DNA of 27,841 bases from an uncultured Dehalococcoidales bacterium (lineage in GTDB: Bacteria > Chloroflexota > Dehalococcoidia > Dehalococcoidales > BS750m-G39), in the NCBI GenBank assembly GCA_964600245.1, contig CAZRIU010000001.1, forward strand, positions 6,119-33,959. The letters run 5' to 3'. Under the pieces are notes generated by a model. The model was not told the origin of the DNA. It did not search any database and saw nothing but the letters and a program-made list of their open reading frames with translations. A program made the position numbers and the translations under genes. This document shows positions 19,859 through 26,195 of this stretch, piece after piece. How positions within the stretch are numbered: the first letter of the stretch is position 1; each line of letters starts with the position of its first letter.

Positions 19859-20122
19859 TTACTTACGTAGACCGAGCTGGGAAATCAGGCTGCGGTATCG
19901 GCCGACATCCTCTCGACTCAAGTAGGCGAGTAGCCTTCTTCTCTGTCCGACCAGCTTCAGCAGCCCCCGTTGCGTGTGGTAATCATGCCGATTTGCCATC
20001 ATATGCCCGGTCAACTGATTTATCCTTTCGGTGAGCAAGGCTATCTGAACTTCAGTAGAGCCCGTATCTCCTTCACGGAGCCCGAATTTGCCTATGATTT
20101 CGGTCTTCTTCTCTTTGTCCAA
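19859..20122 (-). CDS. rpsO: 30S ribosomal protein S15
   Basis: [22 protein letters not shown]...[26 protein letters not shown] start. Confidence 0.98.
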   Translation of the reverse strand: MDKEKKTEIIGKFGLREGDTGSTEVQIALLTERINQLTGHMMANRHDYHTQRGLLKLVGQRRRLLAYLSREDVGRYRSLISQLGLRK

Positions 20123-20184
20123 GATTTCAATCCCTCTGTTGCCTCTTTATTTTATCAAATATAGATTATACTCTGAATCAACCG

Positions 20185-20213
20185 ATTATAACACAACCAG
20201 TGACGACTGTAAA
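20185..20213 (-). promoter_or_regulatory. sigma70-type promoter of rpsO-pnp
   Basis: Minus strand TTTACA (20208-20213), 17 bp, TATAAT (20185-20190), with TG extension. Confidence 0.7.
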
Positions 20214-20238
20214 TTTGAAGGGCATAAATTAAGCCTGC

Positions 20239-20267
20239 TTGACTTTGCCCAAAATAGTGGTTATAGT
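20239..20267 (+). promoter_or_regulatory. sigma70-type promoter of zinc-ribbon gene 1
   Basis: TTGACT (20239-20244), 17 bp, TATAGT (20262-20267), with TG extension. Divergent from the rpsO promoter. Confidence 0.75.
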
Positions 20268-20270
20268 TAG

Positions 20271-20436
20271 GGCTGAGTCGAAACCTTGGTTACGAGTTGC
20301 TTCCCAGCTTACCCCCTGAGAAGCAGGGGACCCTCGGGGTAAATAGTATTACAAGCTATAGGTCCGACGAAGGGTTTTAGAGCCAGGAGACTGCAACCAC
20401 GACAAGGGACTAACAAAATATGAGGAGGAGCAGTAA
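20271..20436 (+). promoter_or_regulatory. Long, probably structured 5' leader (unassigned RNA element)
   Basis: About 165 nt between promoter and ATG, with several complementary segments: GGCT/AGCC, AAACCTT/AAGGGTTT, CCCCTG/CAGGGG, TTACCCC/GGGGTAA, AGCTT/AAGCT. Confidence 0.4.
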
Positions 20437-20730
20437 ATGGCTCTAGCAGACAAGACCCTCGTATGCCGTGACTGCGGGCAGGAGTTCGTTTTCAGCACCG
20501 GTGAGCAGGAGTTTTACCAGTCTCACGGTTTGCAGAACGAGCCTTCTCGTTGTCCGGAGTGCCGGGCGGCCAGGCGCAAAGAGCGCTGGGGTGACTACAA
20601 GCAACCGCGGCAGATGTTTACTGTAATCTGTGCCGAGTGCGGCGCCGAGACCACCGTGCCATTTGAGCCCAGAGAAGGACGCCCGGTCTATTGCAAAGAG
20701 TGCTACGTTAAGCAAAGAGAAGGCAGTTAG
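20437..20730 (+). CDS. Double zinc-ribbon protein (zf-trcl-like N domain + CxxC-x17-CxxC domain), paralog 1
   Basis: DKTLVCRDCGQEFVFSTGEQEFY...NEPSRCPECR and CAECGAETTVPFEPREGRPVYCKEC. Strong SD GAGGAGGAG. Confidence 0.9.
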   Translation: MALADKTLVCRDCGQEFVFSTGEQEFYQSHGLQNEPSRCPECRAARRKERWGDYKQPRQMFTVICAECGAETTVPFEPREGRPVYCKECYVKQREGS

Positions 20731-20763
20731 GCCTTCGCTTCATATATACAAACCATATAAACC

Positions 20764-21057
20764 ATGAATGTTGGTGCCTGTCGGGTTAGGCTCCGTTTCC
20801 CGGAGAATCTATCGCTTAAGGGTAAGCGACAGATACTGAAGTCTATTACCACTCGCCTCAAAAGCAAGTTTAATGTCTCCGTGGCGGAAGTGGATGACAA
20901 CGACCTCTGGCAGGTAGCGACTCTGGGCATTTCCTGCGTCAGCAATAATAAGCGCTACACCAATGAAGTCCTGTCTAAGGCGGTGGACTTTATTGTTAAC
21001 GGTCGCTTTGATGTAGAGATGCTGGACTATGAGATTGAGATTCTGCCCGTTTTCTGA
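20764..21057 (+). CDS. DUF503 (YlxP-like) protein
   Basis: SLKGKRQILKSITTRLKSKFNVSVAEVDDNDLWQVATLGISCVSN signature. Confidence 0.88.
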   Translation: MNVGACRVRLRFPENLSLKGKRQILKSITTRLKSKFNVSVAEVDDNDLWQVATLGISCVSNNKRYTNEVLSKAVDFIVNGRFDVEMLDYEIEILPVF

Positions 21058-21068
21058 CCGGGGTTTTA

Positions 21069-23366
21069 ATGGATACCGCTGCCTTTCTTCATCATCTTAC
21101 CGTGCAACCCGCTTATAGCGGGCAGATAGCTCACCAGGAGCACATCCCCCGCCGTGACGCCAGGTGCGCCGAATTGGACAAGCCCCTGGAAACCGCCCTT
21201 GAGGAGAACCTCACCAAACACGGATTGCTGCCCCTTTATACCCATCAGGCCCAGGCCATCAACCATGCCCGCGGGGGCAAAAACGTGATGGTGGCTACTT
21301 CCTCAGCCAGCGGCAAGACGCTCTGCTATAACGTACCGGTGGTGGAGACGCTCATGACTCAGCGGGGCAGCTGTGCCCTCTACCTCTTTCCGACCAAAGC
21401 CCTGGCCCAGGACCAGCTGCGCACCCTTTGGGAGCTTTTCCACCCCCGAATTCTATCCACGGGGGATTTTGCTACCTTCGACGGCGACACGCCAAAGGCG
21501 GAGCGGGGGGACATAAGAAGGCGGGCGCGGCTGATACTGACCAACCCCGATATGCTCCATGTGGGCATACTGCCCAACCACCAGCAGTGGTCGAGGCTGC
21601 TGCGGCGCCTGAAGTACGTGGTGGTGGACGAAGCCCATATCTATCGCGGCGTCTTCGGCTCCCACGTGGCTTGTGTGCTCCGCCGCCTGCGGCGGCTCTG
21701 CCGTTTCTACGGTTCTAACCCCCAGTTTATCTGCTGCTCGGCGACCATCGCCAACCCCGGTGAGCACGCCGAAAAGCTGGCGGGCTTGCCCTTTAGCGTG
21801 GTCGATGACGACGGCTCCCCCCACGGCGGTAAGGAGTTTGTCTTCTGGAATCCGCCGCTCATAGATATGGCTAAGAGCGTGCGCCGCAGCGCCAACGGCG
21901 AGGCGTCCAACCTCTTCGCCGAGCTGGTAAGCCAGAGTATCCGCACCCTGACCTTCGTCCGCACCCGCCAGCTCACCGAGGTTATCTATAACTATACGCG
22001 ACACAGACTGGCTGAAATCGACTCCGAGCTATCTAAGAGAATAAAGCCCTATCGAGCGGGCTATCTCCCCGAGGAGAGACGCCAGATAGAAAAGGAACTC
22101 TTTAGCGGCCAGCTTACCGGTGTGGTGGCGACCACGGCTTTAGAATTGGGCATAGACATCGGCGACCTGGATGCCACCGTGCTCACCGGCTACCCGGGGA
22201 GCATCGCCAGCACCTGGCAGCAAGCGGGCCGAAGCGGGCGGAGCCGGGAAAAATCACTGAGTTTTCTCATCGGGCTGGATAATCCCCTCGACCAGTATTT
22301 TATGCGCCACCCCGAATCGTTTTTCGGCAAGAGCTTCGAGAATGCCTTGGTCAACCCCGATAACCCCTATATCCTGCGCGCCCATCTTCTCTGCGCCGCC
22401 TGGGAGTTGCCCTTAACCGACCTGGACGAGGAGTTCTTCGGCTCTAGCTTGGTGCCAGAGAGAAAAGAATTAGCGGAACATGGGCTGCTGCGGGAGCTTA
22501 AGGGCCGGTGGTATGTTTCGCCGTCCATAGCCTACCCCGCCGAAGGGATAAATATCCGCTCGACGTCGGGGGAAAACTTTGCCATTATCGACACCTCCAG
22601 CGGCTCGCTTATGGAGACCATCGATTCCAGCACGGCTCTGTTTTTTATCTTTCCCGGTGCCATCTACCTGCACCAGGGGGAATCTTATCTGGTCGAGGAG
22701 CTCGACCTTTCGGCACGCACCGCCTACGCCAAGCCGACCGAGGTCAACTACTATACCCAGGATAAAGAACTCACCGACCTCCATATCACTAAAGTAATCA
22801 AGGACAGGAGTTGCCGCGGAATAAAAGTCTATCTCGGCGAGGTCGAGGTCACCACCCGCGTGGTCGGTTTCAAGAAGAAGGCGCAGTTTACCGAGGAGGT
22901 CATCGGCGAAGAGCCCCTCGACCTCCCCCCGCAGCATTTTCCCACCATCGCCCTCTGGTTCGACCTGCCCCCGGAGACGGTGAAGCGGGTGGACGAGGAT
23001 GAGGTGGGGCTCGACTTCGCCGGTGGGCTGCACGCCGTGGAACACGCCGCTATCGCCATTTTGCCCATGTTTGCCCTCTGCGACCGCAACGATATCGGTG
23101 GTGTTTCCACCCCCCTCCACCCCGACACGGGCAAGCCCCAGATATTTATCTACGACGCCTATCCCGGCGGCATCGGCATCAGCGAGAAGGGTTTTGACCT
23201 GGTGGAGGAATTGTGGCAAACTACACTGAAGGCGATTGAGGAATGCCCCTGCGAGGACGGCTGTCCCAGTTGTGTTCAGTCGCCCAAGTGTGGCAATAAT
23301 AATAAGCCCCTGGATAAAAAGGCAGCCCAGATACTATTGGAGGGGCTGCTAGCCAAGAAGGAGTAA
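21069..23366 (+). CDS. SF2 DEAD/DEAH-box helicase with C-terminal DUF1998 (MrfA/YprA/SftH/Hrq1-like)
   Basis: TSSASGKT, YLFPTKALAQDQ, TNPDML, VVDEAH, SATIAN, YRAGY, TTALELGIDIG, QQAGRSGR, LHAVEHA, IYDAYPGGIG, CPCEDGCPSC. Confidence 0.93.
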   Translation: MDTAAFLHHLTVQPAYSGQIAHQEHIPRRDARCAELDKPLETALEENLTKHGLLPLYTHQAQAINHARGGKNVMVATSSASGKTLCYNVPVVETLMTQRGSCALYLFPTKALAQDQLRTLWELFHPRILSTGDFATFDGDTPKAERGDIRRRARLILTNPDMLHVGILPNHQQWSRLLRRLKYVVVDEAHIYRGVFGSHVACVLRRLRRLCRFYGSNPQFICCSATIANPGEHAEKLAGLPFSVVDDDGSPHGGKEFVFWNPPLIDMAKSVRRSANGEASNLFAELVSQSIRTLTFVRTRQLTEVIYNYTRHRLAEIDSELSKRIKPYRAGYLPEERRQIEKELFSGQLTGVVATTALELGIDIGDLDATVLTGYPGSIASTWQQAGRSGRSREKSLSFLIGLDNPLDQYFMRHPESFFGKSFENALVNPDNPYILRAHLLCAAWELPLTDLDEEFFGSSLVPERKELAEHGLLRELKGRWYVSPSIAYPAEGINIRSTSGENFAIIDTSSGSLMETIDSSTALFFIFPGAIYLHQGESYLVEELDLSARTAYAKPTEVNYYTQDKELTDLHITKVIKDRSCRGIKVYLGEVEVTTRVVGFKKKAQFTEEVIGEEPLDLPPQHFPTIALWFDLPPETVKRVDEDEVGLDFAGGLHAVEHAAIAILPMFALCDRNDIGGVSTPLHPDTGKPQIFIYDAYPGGIGISEKGFDLVEELWQTTLKAIEECPCEDGCPSCVQSPKCGNNNKPLDKKAAQILLEGLLAKKE

Positions 23367-23368
23367 AA

Positions 23369-24262
23369 TTGGCCGATATCGAAAAAGCCTTAAAGCCGAG
23401 CCGTGATAGCTGGTTTAAGCGGGCGATGAGCCTCTTTGACCGCGCTACTGTGGACGAGGCGGTGTGGACGGAACTTGAAGAATTGCTCATCTCGGCTGAT
23501 GTCGGCGTAGCTACCACCGAAAAGTTGCTGGAGAGGGTGAAGCAGCGAGCCAAAGAGGAGAAGTTCAGCGAAGGCTCGGCGGTGCGAGAGGCTTTGCAGC
23601 AGGAGATGGTCAAAATCCTTAATATCGAAGTTCCGCTGCCCGTTACTCAATTGCCCAAAGTCGTGATGGCGGTGGGCGTTAACGGTAGCGGCAAGACCAC
23701 CTCTATCGCCAAGCTGGCCTATAAAGCCAAAAAAGAGAAAAAAAAGGTTTTACTGGTGGCGGCGGATACCTTCCGGGTGGCGGCTATCGACCAGCTCAAA
23801 AAGCTGGCCGGGGAGGTCGGTGTCGATGTCGTCGCCCACCAGCCGGGTGGGGATGCTGGGGCAGTGGTCTTCGACGCCTTGGAGGCGGCGCGCAGCCGCA
23901 ACGCCGACGAGGTGATTATCGACACTGCGGGCCGGCTGCACACCAAGTTCAACCTGATGGAGGAGCTGAAAAAGATTAGACGGGTGGCGGCCAAGGTTGA
24001 CGACACCGCTCCCCACGAAGTAATCCTGGTGCTCGACGCCACCACCGGCCAGAACGGCTTAACCCAGGCTAGGTATTTCACCGAGGCGGTGGGGGTAACC
24101 GGCATCTTTCTGGCTAAGCTGGACGGTACGGCTAAGGGAGGCATAGTTCTGGCTATCTGTGACGATCTCCAGATACCCATCTTGTTCGTCGGCGTTGGCG
24201 ATGGGCTGGAGGATGTGACTCCTTTCGACGCCGAGAGCTTTGTGCGGGCATTATGCTCCTGA
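23369..24262 (+). CDS. ftsY: SRP docking protein FtsY (NG domain only)
   Basis: [60 protein letters not shown] start. Confidence 0.97.
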   Translation: MADIEKALKPSRDSWFKRAMSLFDRATVDEAVWTELEELLISADVGVATTEKLLERVKQRAKEEKFSEGSAVREALQQEMVKILNIEVPLPVTQLPKVVMAVGVNGSGKTTSIAKLAYKAKKEKKKVLLVAADTFRVAAIDQLKKLAGEVGVDVVAHQPGGDAGAVVFDALEAARSRNADEVIIDTAGRLHTKFNLMEELKKIRRVAAKVDDTAPHEVILVLDATTGQNGLTQARYFTEAVGVTGIFLAKLDGTAKGGIVLAICDDLQIPILFVGVGDGLEDVTPFDAESFVRALCS

Positions 24263-24278
24263 CCATTGGAGGTAGAGT

Positions 24279-25064
24279 TTGATTGAGATAGGTATGAGTC
24301 CGATAGCCTTTGCCATAGGGTCGTTTGCTGTCCGCTGGTACGGTATTATGATTGCCCTCGGGGTGCTGGTGATGGTTTTGTGGATGCTGCGGCAGGTGAA
24401 AAAGGGGACCAGGCTCTCCTACGATACGCTATTTACCGCCGCCCTCATCGCCATCCCCTCGGGGATAATCTTCTCCAGGCTGATACACGTTATCGACCAA
24501 TGGGTTCATTTCGGCAGCCCGGGGCAGATTTGGGCTTTCGAGGGGCTGACCATCTGGGGCGCCGTCCTGGGCGCTACCCTGGGCATCTGGGTTTACAGCC
24601 GCTTCAGCCGTTTCCCCTTCGGTCACTTCATGGACTTGGTGGCCTTACCCACCCTACTGGCGCAGGCGCTGGGCCGGGTGGGCTGTTTTATAAACGGCTG
24701 TTGCTATGGCTCCGAAGCGCCGTCCTGGCTACCCTGGTCCGTGGTCTATACTCACCCCGAAAGCTATGCCCCGCTTGGGGTGTCTCTTCACCCCACCCAA
24801 GTTTATGAGATTGTCTTCCTGCTCATAACCTTCGGCGTGTTGTTCATGTTGAGGAAGCGCTTCCAGCCCGATGGCTCTCTGTTTCTCATCTACCTGGGCG
24901 CATATTCCGCCTGGCGGGTGGGCATCGATTTCATACGGGATGGGACGTCCTTCCTCTTCGGCTTACATCAGGCTCAGGTGATAGGCATAATCGTCCTGAT
25001 TATCGCTATCACGATACTGATTTGGCGCACGCGCTGGGTGAAAACGCTAAGTGAGGCTGAGTGA
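24279..25064 (+). CDS. lgt: Prolipoprotein diacylglyceryl transferase
   Basis: [46 protein letters not shown]; multiple TM segments. TTG start with SD GGAGG. Confidence 0.94.
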   Translation: MIEIGMSPIAFAIGSFAVRWYGIMIALGVLVMVLWMLRQVKKGTRLSYDTLFTAALIAIPSGIIFSRLIHVIDQWVHFGSPGQIWAFEGLTIWGAVLGATLGIWVYSRFSRFPFGHFMDLVALPTLLAQALGRVGCFINGCCYGSEAPSWLPWSVVYTHPESYAPLGVSLHPTQVYEIVFLLITFGVLFMLRKRFQPDGSLFLIYLGAYSAWRVGIDFIRDGTSFLFGLHQAQVIGIIVLIIAITILIWRTRWVKTLSEAE

Positions 25065-25116
25065 TGGCGGGTATCACGGCTACAGGACTTAAGCATATGG
25101 GTGCTGACTGGGCGCT

Positions 25117-25437
25117 CTAGTATCTTCTCTGTCCTCCACCACCAAAGCCGCCGCCTTTTCTGCCGCCGTATGACGAACGGCCGCCTCTGCTGTCGGGGCG
25201 AGGGCGAGCCTCATTAACATCAAGCGTTCGTTCTTTTAGTGTCTTTCCTTTAAGGCCGGTGATTGCCGCTTCGGCTTCAGACTTTGAAGACATTTCAACA
25301 AACCCAAATCCCTTAGATTGCCCACTATGCTTGTCTTTGATAATGTTTACCGATGTCACTTCTCCAAAAGCGGCGAATTCCTGCCGCAATTCCTCTTCGG
25401 TTACCTCGCGGGATAAGTTACCCACATAGATATTCAT
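25117..25437 (-). CDS. Single-RRM RNA-binding protein with Gly-rich tail (Rbp-type)
   Basis: RNP2 IYVGNLS, RNP1 KGFGFVEM, VNEARPR, tail GGRSSYGGRKGGGFGGGGQRRY. SD AGGAGG. Confidence 0.95.
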   Translation of the reverse strand: MNIYVGNLSREVTEEELRQEFAAFGEVTSVNIIKDKHSGQSKGFGFVEMSSKSEAEAAITGLKGKTLKERTLDVNEARPRPDSRGGRSSYGGRKGGGFGGGGQRRY

Positions 25438-25484
25438 ATTGCCCCTCCTTTTCGTTGATAAGTACTTTCAAACCTACCCCGCTC

Positions 25485-25670
25485 TTACCTGCCGATTCGC
25501 CTGCGCCGGGCGTTCTTTTTTGCTTTCAGGCGTGCCGCTTCCCTCTTGGATACGAAGTGACGACGTGCTTTCGCCTCCCTCAAGACGCCGTCCATTTGCA
25601 CCATCCTCTGGAAGCGCTTCAACAGGGAGTCTTCGGTTTCGCCTTCTCGTCTGGATACTTTCAATGGCAT
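25485..25670 (-). CDS. rpsU: 30S ribosomal protein S21
   Basis: 61 aa basic protein; VSRREGETEDSLLKRFQR...GVLREAKARRHFVSKRE...K. Confidence 0.9.
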   Translation of the reverse strand: MPLKVSRREGETEDSLLKRFQRMVQMDGVLREAKARRHFVSKREAARLKAKKNARRRRIGR

Positions 25671-25691
25671 AATAAATCAACTCATTCTTGT

Positions 25692-25730
25692 AACATACAT
25701 AGGCCAGGTATTCCCCGGCCTATGCATGTT
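25692..25730 (-). other. 17-bp RNA hairpin between zinc-ribbon gene 2 and rpsU
   Basis: Minus-strand AACAUGCAUAGGCCGGG-GAAUA-CCUGGCCUAUGUAUGUU pairs at all 17 positions, two of them G-U. Confidence 0.75.
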
Positions 25731-25748
25731 TTTTAAATCAGACTGAAT

Positions 25749-26051
25749 CTATTGATTCGTTCTAATCTTGCTGTAGCACTCGCTACAGTATACCGGTCTG
25801 CCTTCTCTGGGCTCGAACGGGACTTCGGTTTCCTTACCGCACTCGGCGCATACTGCCGGGAACATCTGGCGTCGGGACCTGTAGCCATAATCACTACCGT
25901 AACGTTGTGCTTTCCTGGCTTCGCGGCAGGCGGGACAGCGCTTGGGCTCATTGGTGTAGCCCTTGGATTGGAAGAACTCTTGTTCCTCGGCGCTGAAGGT
26001 AAACTCGGCTCCACAGTCGGAGCACTGGAGTTGCTTGTCCTCAAAACTCAT
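25749..26051 (-). CDS. Double zinc-ribbon protein, paralog 2
   Basis: DKQLQCSDCGAEFTFSAEEQEFF...NEPKRCPACR and CAECGKETEVPFEPREGRPVYCSEC. SD GAGGAGG. Confidence 0.9.
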   Translation of the reverse strand: MSFEDKQLQCSDCGAEFTFSAEEQEFFQSKGYTNEPKRCPACREARKAQRYGSDYGYRSRRQMFPAVCAECGKETEVPFEPREGRPVYCSECYSKIRTNQ

Positions 26052-26166
26052 TGAATGACCTCCTCTCTTGTAAATAGTTGGCTAGAGTTGCGGTCATCCA
26101 ACTTGGATAAATCTAAACTAGTTTAACTAAGTATGTGATAACCTGAACCTTAAACCACTAACGACT

Positions 26167-26195
26167 ATTGTACACTACGCCTGGGCAATAGTCAA
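26167..26195 (-). promoter_or_regulatory. sigma70-type promoter of zinc-ribbon 2/rpsU/RRM
   Basis: Minus strand TTGACT (26190-26195, overlapping the recJ stop), 17 bp, TACAAT (26167-26172). Confidence 0.72.

Noticed and set aside
20123-20180. S15 autoregulatory leader RNA upstream of rpsO
   Set aside because: Plausible by analogy, but the leader is short and AU-rich and I cannot identify a supportable structure.
20271-20390. Possible 6S RNA, SRP RNA or tRNA in the rpsO/zinc-ribbon intergenic region
   Set aside because: Too short and asymmetric for 6S; no SRP GGAA/GNRA domain IV pattern; no T-loop or cloverleaf.
20379-20396. AGAGCCAGGAGACTGC resembles the 3' box of cobalamin riboswitches
   Set aside because: The upstream conserved elements (GGGAA, GGTG.AA.TCC, GC.ACTG) are not visible, and the downstream gene is unrelated to B12. 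cmscan would settle it.
21069-23366. DUF1998 helicase as a DISARM/Druantia defence component
   Set aside because: No methylase, PLD nuclease, SNF2 helicase or other defence genes nearby; a single fused protein in a housekeeping context.
20437-26051. Invertible segment or transposon bounded by the inverted zinc-ribbon genes
   Set aside because: The repeats are diverged paralogous CDSs with only short exact matches. There is no recombinase or transposase, and the cargo is housekeeping.
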